Source: Syntrophales bacterium
GTDB taxonomy: Bacteria; Desulfobacterota; Syntrophia; Syntrophales; UBA2192
Reading direction: 5' to 3'
Length of the DNA: 64,000 bases
Assembly: GCA_036725345.1 (NCBI GenBank)
Contig: DAIMEJ010000003.1
Location: forward strand, 25,553 to 89,552
Of this stretch, positions 46,786 through 55,875 are shown one piece after another. The notes under the pieces are model-generated. The model was not told the origin of the DNA, did no database searches, and saw only the letters and a program-made list of their open reading frames with translations. The position numbers and the translations under genes are program-made. Position 1 is the first letter of the stretch, and every line of letters begins with the position of its first letter.

Positions 46786-49700
46786 ATGAAAATTACCGGC
46801 AGGTTCCGGGAGAAGCGAATGAAAAAACAGTCGGGTTTCACGCTCATCGAGATCATGGTCACGCTGGTCATCGTGGGGATCCTGGCGACGGTGGCCGGGA
46901 CAGGCCTCGTGGCTGGGATCAACGGCTACCTGAGCGCCAAGGAAAACGACGCGATGGCCCAGAAGGCGCAGCTTGCCATGGCGAGGCTGAGCAGGGAGCT
47001 TACGGAATTCACCGAGATCCGGAGTTCCTTTATAGACGGCCCCACGACGGATGCCATCATCGAGAGGCTTTCGGGAACAGACGCCTCGGCGGTGACAAGA
47101 ACCGTCGCCATCGGCCTCGACGGGCAATCCGTCAAGATCAAGGAAGACAGCGAGGGGACGTCGCCGGATTACACGACGGGCGATGTCCTCATCGACAATG
47201 TCAACAGTCTGAGCTTCACATACTACTGCGGTGCGATCGCCTGTCCGTCCGGCACCGACGACCTCCGGCTCCTGTCGGGAATCAGGATAAATCTCTCGCT
47301 GAATCGCCCCGATATCGGCCAGACGATCGACTTCTCGACGACCGTCCACCCCCGCAACATCGGCAGTATCGGGGGGCTGGATCCTGCGACCGCGACTTAT
47401 CCGGGCCAGTCCAGCTATACCCAATGCTTCGTGGCCACGGCAGCCTACGGGAGCTACAGCCACCCCATGGTACTTGTCCTTCGGGAGTTCAGGGACAGCC
47501 GGCTTGTTCATTCCGATTTGGGCAGGCGGTTTATCGAGGCCTATTACACTGTCGGCCCGTCCCTTGCCGTCCTTATTCAGGAAAAACCCTGGGTCTGCTT
47601 CCTTGTGCGCCTGGCCCTCGTGCCCGTTGTATGTCTCGCGTTTCTTCTGACCCATTTCCCGCTTGCCTTCCCGATCCTGATTGCCCTTTCGTGGATTGCC
47701 GCGAGGGCCATCACCCGTTCGAGGAGAGGGAATCCCATGAATCCAAAAACTACGCTGTCCAGTCAGAAGGGGGCCGTTCTGCTCGCCGTCGTGGTCACCA
47801 TGGTCATCTTCGCGTCCCTCGGGGCCGTGATGCTAAACCTCTTCACGACGTCCACACACAGCCAGTTCGTCGGCAACCTCTCCGTCCGCGCCTACTACCT
47901 CGCCGAGGCGGGCTACCGGTACGCGGCGAGTCAGTATCTCAATGCCACCGGTCTGACATCAAGGGATGCTGAGACCGCGCGCGAGACGGCACTAAAAAAC
48001 CTCCACAGTAAAGACTTCGTGAAAGACTTCGTGCTCGCAAACAATGAAGGCAAGTTCAGCCTCCAGGTCTACCCTTACTGGTACAAGGTGGACTCCACGG
48101 GCGGAAACCAGCTTGTGGCGAAGGTCATCGGCCAATACCCGCTTCCAAAATATGATGCTTCAGGAAAACCCAATTATGAGGAAGGAAGCTGGGTCCAGGT
48201 CAGGGACGCCGTCACGGGCAATTTTAAATACGCCCAGCTTCAGGGCGCGAACCCCGGCGCCTCGGGTGACAGCGCCAGGGTCGATTTCACCAAGTATCAG
48301 AACCAGACTTGGGACAGCTACCCCGTGAATTCCATCATCGTGCCCGTAGCCAAGACCCGGGAGAGCGGCGGCGTCGGCAACCAGACCGTCGGCCAGAACG
48401 GCGAATTGCTCCTCGAGGCTGCAAGCGGCTACAAAGCCTTCCCGCGATGGAACGGTGTTGTCTTAGTGTGGGATACTTCAGGAAATGAGAAAACCCTTGC
48501 CTACCGGGAACTCTACATGAATAGCGGTACCGGGACTTACAAGCTAAAGGGGATCACGGACCCGAACGCGGCCACGATGGCCAACGTTACCATCGCCCCC
48601 GGGACCTACGTCATCCTGGGGAAGTTCGTCCGCCTGAGCTCGAAGGGTGTCATCGGCTCCGGCCAGGCCATGGGGGCAAGCCGCAGGGTGGATTTCTATA
48701 TCCCCATGGGATATCTGGGGGGAGCTTCCTTTGCTTCGGTGGAAAAGCAGCTCGATTTCTCCGATCTTAATCGTGACTGGATAACGGGACCGCACTTTAC
48801 CCAAATCGGTTCGCAGGAAATCGTGACGATCGAAGGAAGCTCGGCCCTTCATGTCTCCCAGACATCTAACGCAGTCTATTATGGGAGCTGTTACTCCCGG
48901 CAGGAATTCGGCATCGGCCTGAACTGGGGACCGACGGGCGCGAATATCCCCTTCGACCAGGCCTGGCGGACTGCCGGAGGGTTCCTCAGCTACGATGTCC
49001 AGGTCAAGATGGCGCTCATCGACCCGAACGAACCCGATCCCGACGTCTACAAAAACGGCATCAGCTTCGCCCTGAACGAAAAGGGGGATTGCTACGGTAT
49101 CAGCCTCTACAGGCAGCATGCGACGGAGTATTACTGCGATGGCCTGCCCATTTACTACCCCTCAGAAATCAATGAATCTCTTCGGGGGGTCCCGCTAATC
49201 GACTTGTGGAGCAAATCGCTCTCCGGGACAGAGTATTTTGCGCCCAGTGTGGTGGTGAACACCCCCCGAGGAATGGGTACGATGTATGGCGGCGAGACAG
49301 CCAACTTCCCGCCCGAGGGGGTGGATTCAAAGGTCATCCAGATAACTTATTACCCCGAAACGGGAAGTAAGGTCCGCCTCCTAACTGACGGAGCACTTCC
49401 TGCACCCCTTGTGCCCAATCAGGAATACTGGGCCCGTGTCATCACAAAGAACACCATCAACTATCTCTATCTCTTCACGAGCCAATCAGCGGCGCACTGC
49501 CCATCGGTGGATGGTGTAAGAAACTGCTTCTGGCCCACGGACGGATCCTGGGTCAGGCTTACCGACAGCGGCACGGTAACCCACGAGATTCTATACGACG
49601 ACCCTGTACGGAGGGGTCTTGCTTATGCCTACCTGGCGAGTTCCTCGGCCAACACGGACTACACCCACCTCGTAAAAAGCCCGACAATGCAGTCGATGCG

Positions 49701-50580
49701 GAAGTGGGTCACTCTCGTGGTCCGCATGAAGGAGGCCCCGAGCCTTTATTACATGAACGGAGGAAACGCGAACCTCGACCGAATCCGCCTCGGGGACACC
49801 GTCTACACGACCTCCAGTTGCACAGCCGGAGGCATGGTGACGAACATCGCCCGGGTCGCCTGGGAGCCCGTCTACATGTACAGGGAGACCTACAAGACCT
49901 GGAACGGCACGGCGCGGGGGGCTTTGGTTCTCGACGTCCTCTTTGACTCGAACGGCAACAAGCGGCCCATCCTCTTCGACAAGGACACCTGCAGTGGGAA
50001 GCTGTTTGTGGGAACGCCGCCCAATGGTGTTCACCTGGCTACTATCCTAGAAGGAGCGCAGAACAACAGTGCCCATACGAAGGGCATATGGATCCAGGTC
50101 TTCGTCGCCGACCCCGATGAGGACACAACGCTGAAGTCTCCGAACACGAAAGCCTTCGACCAGACAACCTCCGGTGACGTCAACCGTAAGAAGGTGGAGC
50201 GCGGCGCCATCGTCTGGCCGCCCGACAACGTTTCGGTGAGCGGCGATTCCCACATCACCGAAGAAAACGACTATTTCACGATGCTTAAATGGGACACAAG
50301 ATGGTGGGAGTCCTCGTTAATCGATCGCTTCTATTCCGAATACAACGACTATGTGGGCGGAGAAAGTTCAGGTCCCGACACCATATGGATTCGTGCGGCC
50401 GGAGGAGCAATATTCAAAACCCCGGACAGCGGCACCTTCCCAACACCCGTGCAACGTCCGGAGGTGGGCTTGCACGCTCTAGGCACCTACAGTGTCTGGT
50501 CGTATTTCGACGACTTCGCCTTGAAGCTTGGTGGATACAAGGGAACAGTACAGGGCTTCACGCAGCCCTTCCAGCAGTAA
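46786..50580 (+). CDS. Composite 1264-aa protein: PilW-like prepilin + CFI-box-CTERM-like domain + TM + second PilX-like prepilin + large adhesin-like beta domain
   Basis: SG/FTLIEIMV at aa 17/18; CFVATAAYG...LREFRD...YY..GP..A at aa 214; basic linker; QKG/AVLLAVVVTMVIF at aa 329/330; internal ATG 47737 with GAGGAG SD; no stop codon in frame. Confidence 0.8.
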   Translation: MKITGRFREKRMKKQSGFTLIEIMVTLVIVGILATVAGTGLVAGINGYLSAKENDAMAQKAQLAMARLSRELTEFTEIRSSFIDGPTTDAIIERLSGTDASAVTRTVAIGLDGQSVKIKEDSEGTSPDYTTGDVLIDNVNSLSFTYYCGAIACPSGTDDLRLLSGIRINLSLNRPDIGQTIDFSTTVHPRNIGSIGGLDPATATYPGQSSYTQCFVATAAYGSYSHPMVLVLREFRDSRLVHSDLGRRFIEAYYTVGPSLAVLIQEKPWVCFLVRLALVPVVCLAFLLTHFPLAFPILIALSWIAARAITRSRRGNPMNPKTTLSSQKGAVLLAVVVTMVIFASLGAVMLNLFTTSTHSQFVGNLSVRAYYLAEAGYRYAASQYLNATGLTSRDAETARETALKNLHSKDFVKDFVLANNEGKFSLQVYPYWYKVDSTGGNQLVAKVIGQYPLPKYDASGKPNYEEGSWVQVRDAVTGNFKYAQLQGANPGASGDSARVDFTKYQNQTWDSYPVNSIIVPVAKTRESGGVGNQTVGQNGELLLEAASGYKAFPRWNGVVLVWDTSGNEKTLAYRELYMNSGTGTYKLKGITDPNAATMANVTIAPGTYVILGKFVRLSSKGVIGSGQAMGASRRVDFYIPMGYLGGASFASVEKQLDFSDLNRDWITGPHFTQIGSQEIVTIEGSSALHVSQTSNAVYYGSCYSRQEFGIGLNWGPTGANIPFDQAWRTAGGFLSYDVQVKMALIDPNEPDPDVYKNGISFALNEKGDCYGISLYRQHATEYYCDGLPIYYPSEINESLRGVPLIDLWSKSLSGTEYFAPSVVVNTPRGMGTMYGGETANFPPEGVDSKVIQITYYPETGSKVRLLTDGALPAPLVPNQEYWARVITKNTINYLYLFTSQSAAHCPSVDGVRNCFWPTDGSWVRLTDSGTVTHEILYDDPVRRGLAYAYLASSSANTDYTHLVKSPTMQSMRKWVTLVVRMKEAPSLYYMNGGNANLDRIRLGDTVYTTSSCTAGGMVTNIARVAWEPVYMYRETYKTWNGTARGALVLDVLFDSNGNKRPILFDKDTCSGKLFVGTPPNGVHLATILEGAQNNSAHTKGIWIQVFVADPDEDTTLKSPNTKAFDQTTSGDVNRKKVERGAIVWPPDNVSVSGDSHITEENDYFTMLKWDTRWWESSLIDRFYSEYNDYVGGESSGPDTIWIRAAGGAIFKTPDSGTFPTPVQRPEVGLHALGTYSVWSYFDDFALKLGGYKGTVQGFTQPFQQ

Positions 50581-50605
50581 CGGTCCCTGAAGAGAAAAAC
50601 CCGGA

Positions 50606-50642
50606 GGGGGACCCCTTGTGGCAGGGGTTCCCCTTCTTTTTG
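50606..50642 (+). terminator. Intrinsic terminator after minor pilin operon
   Basis: GGGGACCCCT-tgtggc-AGGGGTTCCCC then TTCTTTTT. Confidence 0.7.
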
Positions 50643-50680
50643 ATGGCTGGTCTCACTGGCCGGATTGGGGAGAGAGGCAT

Positions 50681-50715
50681 AAAAAACCGGGATACTGAAA
50701 CATCCCGGTTTTTTT
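50681..50715. terminator. Bidirectional intrinsic terminator
   Basis: AAAAAACCGGGAT-actgaaac-ATCCCGGTTTTTTT between convergent operons. Confidence 0.8.
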
Positions 50716-50745
50716 ACTTTTTTTCAGGCTTTCAAAGAGTGGTTA

Positions 50746-52137
50746 TCACTTCTGTCTGCCGAAGTTGCTGATCTGGGCGATGAGTTCGTCCACGGTGGCT
50801 TTTTCGTCGATAATGAGGTGCGGTCCCGTGCTCTCGACGGCATCCACCGCATCGCCAAAGTCCTTGCCGCCCGACATGTACTGGGCATCCCCCTTCCCGA
50901 GACCGTTGCCGTTATCCGGGTAGGCACGCTGGAAGACATCCGCACCGCTTCCGTTGCCGGGCAGGAACGGGGTGACAGTCGCCCCCCATCCTGCCGCCGA
51001 CGCGCGGGGGCTCCCCGAGTCGGTTTCCTGAACAAGCTGACCCTCCGGCCGGAAAGCGGCCGCGTCGCCGTCGATGAGCGGCGAGACATAGACGAGTTCC
51101 TGGGCGGCCTCGGCAGAGGGCTTGAAATTATCCGACGGTGGATAGAAGCTCGTGCGGGTCTGCAGGTATTCTTTCAGGTATCGCTCCATCGTGAACATGC
51201 CGTCGGCCTTGCCCATCTGGATGGCGCTCTCGATCTGGGGGATCTTGTTTTCTCGGATGATGCCCTTCACGGACTGGGTGCCCCGGGCGATGGAGAGCAT
51301 GGGCACCCTGTACCCAAGTCTTTCCATGAAGGTGAGCTGCTGGATGATGACCCACTGGAGGGCCGAGGCCAGCTGAAAGCGGATTTCCTCCTGAGCCTCC
51401 ACGGGAAAGGAGTTGCAAAGGCGGTAAAGGGCGTCCTCGGCATTCGTCGCGTGCAGAGAGGCGATGACCAGCTGCCCGGACTCGGCCGCGTTCAGGGTCA
51501 GGCGCATGACCTGAGGTTCGCGGAGCTCGCCCACGACGATGACATCGGGCGCCTCCCGAAGGACGTCGAGGAGACCCTGTTCGAAGGAAGGCATATGGGT
51601 ACCGAACTCGCGCTGCTCGATGAAGGAGTTCTTGGAAATGAAACGAAATTCGATGGGGTCTTCCAGTGTGACGATGTGGGCCGCCCGTGACCGGTTGATT
51701 TCGTCGACGAGGGCCGCGATGGTCGTCGATTTGCCGGCTCCCGCGGCGCCGCAGATCAGGATGAGCCCCGCCTTTATTCCTGCAATCTGTTGCAGGGAAG
51801 GATGGAGGTTCAGCTTTTCGATGCAGGGGACCGTGCCCGGCAGGAGGCGGATGGCAAGGCTCAAGCCCCGGGTCGTGTTGAATATGCTGACCCGGATCCG
51901 GACCTGCTGGATGCTCATGGCCAGATCGACGGACCAGCGCTGTCTCAGCGTGTTGAGCTGACGGGACGTGAGGATCTTTTTGACCAGGGCGTCCACTTCC
52001 CTGTGGTTCCACCGGCCGTTCTTGTCAAAGTGAACCTGGCCATTCTTCCTGAACACCAGGGGGCTGCCTCCCGTGATGTGAATATCGGAGTATTCATCAC
52101 GGACGGCTGCATCTATGACTTTACTGAACTTGTTCAT
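50746..52137 (-). CDS. pilT: PilT/PilU family retraction ATPase with long C-terminal extension (paralog 1)
   Basis: SDIHITGG, GAAGAGKSTT, TLEDPIEF, PDVIVVGELRE, SLHAT, KGIIRENK; AGGAGG SD. Confidence 0.88.
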   Translation of the reverse strand: MNKFSKVIDAAVRDEYSDIHITGGSPLVFRKNGQVHFDKNGRWNHREVDALVKKILTSRQLNTLRQRWSVDLAMSIQQVRIRVSIFNTTRGLSLAIRLLPGTVPCIEKLNLHPSLQQIAGIKAGLILICGAAGAGKSTTIAALVDEINRSRAAHIVTLEDPIEFRFISKNSFIEQREFGTHMPSFEQGLLDVLREAPDVIVVGELREPQVMRLTLNAAESGQLVIASLHATNAEDALYRLCNSFPVEAQEEIRFQLASALQWVIIQQLTFMERLGYRVPMLSIARGTQSVKGIIRENKIPQIESAIQMGKADGMFTMERYLKEYLQTRTSFYPPSDNFKPSAEAAQELVYVSPLIDGDAAAFRPEGQLVQETDSGSPRASAAGWGATVTPFLPGNGSGADVFQRAYPDNGNGLGKGDAQYMSGGKDFGDAVDAVESTGPHLIIDEKATVDELIAQISNFGRQK

Positions 52138-52461
52138 GGCTACCCTCCTCCTGAAGGGCCAGAGCCGAAGATAGGATATGTAAAGTGAACTGTTCCCTCT
52201 CTTTTTATCGGCAGGAAATGAAAAGACCTTAACAATTCGAGCATTTTTCATGCCAGGCATTTTTCACGGCCCAAAAGAAAAAGCTCCTGTTTTTGAGTTG
52301 TTAGAGCCTTTCTCTGAGAAGGGCTATTTTATCCCTGAAGGATATTTGACGGGTTTACTGAAATTTGATTTGAAAATTGTAAAAAGAATGGGTCGGCCGG
52401 CGGACAGAAAGGGGAGGAAGCGCCGCAAGGAGGTTTTTAACCCTTTGAATCGATATGGGAT

Positions 52462-53709
52462 TTATTTTTTGACCTTTCTCAGGTTCTCGAGCTGGGATAT
52501 CAGCTCATCGACCGTCGCTTTTTCGTCAAGACTGTGGACGTGCCCTTCGAGGCCGTATTCGGCGTGCTGACCCTGGAAGACGGCGGGCTTCGCCTCGTGG
52601 GCGGGTATGGGTCTCCGGGGTTTCGGCATGCCTCCGTCCAGGTCAATGAGGGGCGAGATGTAGATGGCGTCCTGGCTGATCTCCGGTGAGGGCCGGAAGT
52701 TCTCCGACGGAGGCACGAATTTTTTCTTGGTGCCGATGAAGTCCCGCAGGTATCGCTCCATCGTGAACATGCCGTCGGCCTTGCCCATCTGGATGGCGCT
52801 TTCAATCTGAAAGATCTTGTTTTCGCGGATCAGCCCCTTGACGGCCTGGGTGCCGCGGAGAATGGAAAGGACGGGAATCCTGAAGCCCAAGTCTTCCCGG
52901 AAGATGAGCTGTTGGATGACAATCCACTGCATGGCGGAGGCGATTTTGTTACGGATCTCCTCTTGGGCCTCGACGTGAAAGGAATTGCAGAGCCTGTAAA
53001 CGGCGTCTTCGGCGTTTGTGGCGTGGAGGGACGCGATGACGAGGTGACCCGATTCGGCAGCGTTCAGGGTCAGGCGCATGACCTCCGGTTCCCTCAGCTC
53101 CCCGACGACGATGACATCCGGGTTTTCCCTCAGGACATCGAGGAGTCCTTTTTCGAAAGTAGGCACATGGGTCCCCAACTCCCGCTGCTCGATGAAGGAC
53201 ATCTTGGAGAGGTAGCGGTACTCGATGGGGTCCTCGAGGGTCACGATGTGGGTTGACCGGCTGCGGTTGATCTCGCCGATGATCGCCGCGATCGTCGTCG
53301 ACTTGCCGGAACCGGTGGCCCCGCAGACCAGGACGAGACCGGCCTTCATACCGGCGATTGACTCCAGGGAGGGGTGCAGGTTGAGCTTTTCTATCGAGGG
53401 GATTGTTCCCGGAAGGAGCCGGATGGCGAGGCTCAGGCCCCGGGTGGTGTTGAAGACGTTCAACCGGAGCCGCACGCCGTGAACGCTGAGCGCCAGATCC
53501 GATGACCATTCCCTGGCGAGCTTACGGAGTTGGTTGGGTGTGAGGATCTTCCGCACGAGTGTGTCCACTTCCTGGGGCGTCCACCGCACGGAATCCTCGG
53601 CCTGTATACGGCCGTTTTTGCGGTAGACCATCGGGTGTCCGCCCGTCATGTGGACGTCGGAAAACCCTTCGCGGACAGCGGCGGCTATGATGGCGGTGAA
53701 CTTTTTCAT
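52462..53709 (-). CDS. pilT: PilT/PilU family retraction ATPase with C-terminal extension (paralog 2)
   Basis: SDVHMTGG, GATGSGKSTT, TLEDPIEY, PDVIVVGELRE, GHLVIASLHAT, KGLIRENK. Confidence 0.88.
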   Translation of the reverse strand: MKKFTAIIAAAVREGFSDVHMTGGHPMVYRKNGRIQAEDSVRWTPQEVDTLVRKILTPNQLRKLAREWSSDLALSVHGVRLRLNVFNTTRGLSLAIRLLPGTIPSIEKLNLHPSLESIAGMKAGLVLVCGATGSGKSTTIAAIIGEINRSRSTHIVTLEDPIEYRYLSKMSFIEQRELGTHVPTFEKGLLDVLRENPDVIVVGELREPEVMRLTLNAAESGHLVIASLHATNAEDAVYRLCNSFHVEAQEEIRNKIASAMQWIVIQQLIFREDLGFRIPVLSILRGTQAVKGLIRENKIFQIESAIQMGKADGMFTMERYLRDFIGTKKKFVPPSENFRPSPEISQDAIYISPLIDLDGGMPKPRRPIPAHEAKPAVFQGQHAEYGLEGHVHSLDEKATVDELISQLENLRKVKK

Positions 53710-53878
53710 CTATCGTCCTCGGGTCTCCCATGGACGATGCCCGGCCCTGCCTTGTTCAGGCCGCGCCGGGATGGGTGAGCCCGGTAAAAACCCGAAATGA
53801 ACCTTCAACCTGGCTGTTTTTGGAAGTGGTATTATTAGCCCAGGTGAGTGAAAAATTACAAGTCTTTTTTTATAACCG

Positions 53879-54061
53879 CTATTTCAAACGCGGGTCGACG
53901 CCCTTGAATCCGCATTCCGGCGCGTAGCACGTCACGTTCCTGAAGAGGCACTTCTGCCGGCAGGAGGGGCACTGTTCCGGAAGTGCATCCCCCCCGAAGG
54001 TGTACCCGCAATTCTCGCACTTCCAGAAGGTCTCCGGAAGGTCGTTTTTTTTCTCCGACAT
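53879..54061 (-). CDS. Rubredoxin-like small metal-binding protein (RCKP-type)
   Basis: WKCENCGY...PEQCPSC...[14 protein letters not shown]; AAAGGGG SD. Confidence 0.8.
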   Translation of the reverse strand: MSEKKNDLPETFWKCENCGYTFGGDALPEQCPSCRQKCLFRNVTCYAPECGFKGVDPRLK

Positions 54062-54121
54062 GGTGATCCCCTTTCCGAAGCGTCCCCGCGGCGCGCTTCG
54101 TGCTTGTGTTCTGTTTGTGTC

Positions 54122-54910
54122 CTATCGGGCGAGATAACCGCCGTCATTCGCCACCACCTGGCCGGTCATGTAGGCCGAAGCGTCGGAGGCGAGAAAAACG
54201 GCAAGCCCTTTCATGTCGTCGATGTCCCCGATCCTCCTCATCGGGATCAGGCTGAGCATCTGCTCGCACTGCTCCTTGAATTCAGGCTTTTCGATGTAGC
54301 TCATCATGTCCGTCCGGAAGTAACCGGGGGCGATGGCGTTGACCCTGATGTTGTAAGGGGCCAGCTTCACGGCCAGGTTCATCGTCAGCAGGTTGATGGC
54401 CCCTTTTGAAGAGTTATAGGGGACCGCCGGGTGAACCTTTTCGTCCGACCCCCGGAAGGCCATGACCGAGGAGATGTTGATAATGTTTCCCCCGCCCTGA
54501 TCCTTCATGAGACGGGCGACTTTCTGGGTCAGGATCCAAACGCCCCTCACGTTCACGTTGAATAGCTGATCCCATCGCTCGATGGGGAAGTCGAGCGTCG
54601 GGGCCCCCCAGGTGGCGCCGGCGTTGTTGACGAGAATGTCGACGCGTGAAAATTTTTCAGCGGCGGCGCTGACGAGCCTTTCGATGTCCTCCTCTTTTGC
54701 CACGTCGCACGCCACCGGAAGGACGCGCACACCGAAATTTTTCCGTATCTCTTCGGCCGTCGTCTCGAGGTTTTTCATCTTTCTCGACGCGATGACCAGG
54801 TCCGCCCCCGCCTCTGCCAGACCGATGGCAATGAATCGGCCTATCCCCCGTCCGCCCCCCGTGACCATGGCGACTTTTCCGTTGAGCCTGAAGAGATCCT
54901 GCAGCTTCAT
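54122..54910 (-). CDS. Short-chain dehydrogenase/reductase (gluconate 5-dehydrogenase-like)
   Basis: TGGGRGIG, CDV, VNNAG, NISS, YNSSK, NAIAPGYF. Confidence 0.92.
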   Translation of the reverse strand: MKLQDLFRLNGKVAMVTGGGRGIGRFIAIGLAEAGADLVIASRKMKNLETTAEEIRKNFGVRVLPVACDVAKEEDIERLVSAAAEKFSRVDILVNNAGATWGAPTLDFPIERWDQLFNVNVRGVWILTQKVARLMKDQGGGNIINISSVMAFRGSDEKVHPAVPYNSSKGAINLLTMNLAVKLAPYNIRVNAIAPGYFRTDMMSYIEKPEFKEQCEQMLSLIPMRRIGDIDDMKGLAVFLASDASAYMTGQVVANDGGYLAR

Positions 54911-54979
54911 TTCATCCTCCTTTGATGGTTCCCCGGCTGCCGTACCGAAACCGGCCGATCGGCTTTCCCGCCGGTTTTC

Positions 54980-55666
54980 TCAGAGATAACCGTGATCCTT
55001 TTCCCACTTTCTGGCCTTTTCATAATCGCGGAAGCGCCGCTCCATCCGCTTGAACCCGGGTGTGTGCATCCTGCGCCTCCCGTCGACGGTCTGAACGCCC
55101 AGGTAGGCGTGGAGCATTTCGTGATACACGACATTTTCAATGACGTAAAGCGGGATTTTTTTCCGGTCCAGGCAGGGATTGATCCGGATGGCGCCGGTCC
55201 TCTCGTCGTAACACCCCAGGGTCCGCTGCCGGACGCCCCTTCTTCTCGAGTTCCTGCCCCAGGTGATGACGGCGGTGACGAGGTTGCCGAAATATTTCCC
55301 GTTGATGTCCGCGTATATTTTATCCAGTTCGAAGACCCTGCCCTTCGTGCAGACCTTCTGTGTTCCGCCGTTGTATCGCAGGAGGTCCTCCCTGTTTCGG
55401 CGGATGAATTCGCGGATGAGGGGGAACCGGTTTCTGTCTTTTCTGATGCCTTCCGCTACCTCGCTTATGACGGCCTCGCCGGCGCCGAGGAGGATACGGT
55501 GCAGCCGGACACGAAAGTCCCCCTCGGGTGTTTCGCGCCAGGAAACAACGGAGGGGGAGTCCTCTATGAGCGTTAGATAGACGGTCTTTCCCGTGACGAT
55601 CTCGAGGTAACGTCTGATGTCTTCCGGCCCGTATAAAAGAGGCAGGGTTACGGCAAGGGCCCGCAT
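54980..55666 (-). CDS. SprT-like / M48-related zinc metalloprotease domain protein
   Basis: INGKYF, TLGCY, IRINPCLD, VVYHEMLH (HExxH), HTPGFK. Confidence 0.78.
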   Translation of the reverse strand: MRALAVTLPLLYGPEDIRRYLEIVTGKTVYLTLIEDSPSVVSWRETPEGDFRVRLHRILLGAGEAVISEVAEGIRKDRNRFPLIREFIRRNREDLLRYNGGTQKVCTKGRVFELDKIYADINGKYFGNLVTAVITWGRNSRRRGVRQRTLGCYDERTGAIRINPCLDRKKIPLYVIENVVYHEMLHAYLGVQTVDGRRRMHTPGFKRMERRFRDYEKARKWEKDHGYL

Positions 55667-55875
55667 CGATGATTCCTCCTGTGTCCCGAGATGATCCGGA
55701 AATTCTATATCGCTTTTGACTGCCGAGATCAATCGGGATTCAACGAACCCGTCTTCAAGGCGAAGACGACAAGCCCTTCTCGATGGAAAAGGTGTACCCC
55801 GATATTTCAGATTGAAAAGATTTCCGGAAGATCTTACAAGTTTTCCTCATACAACAGGCAACGGAGGCCCTGAAA

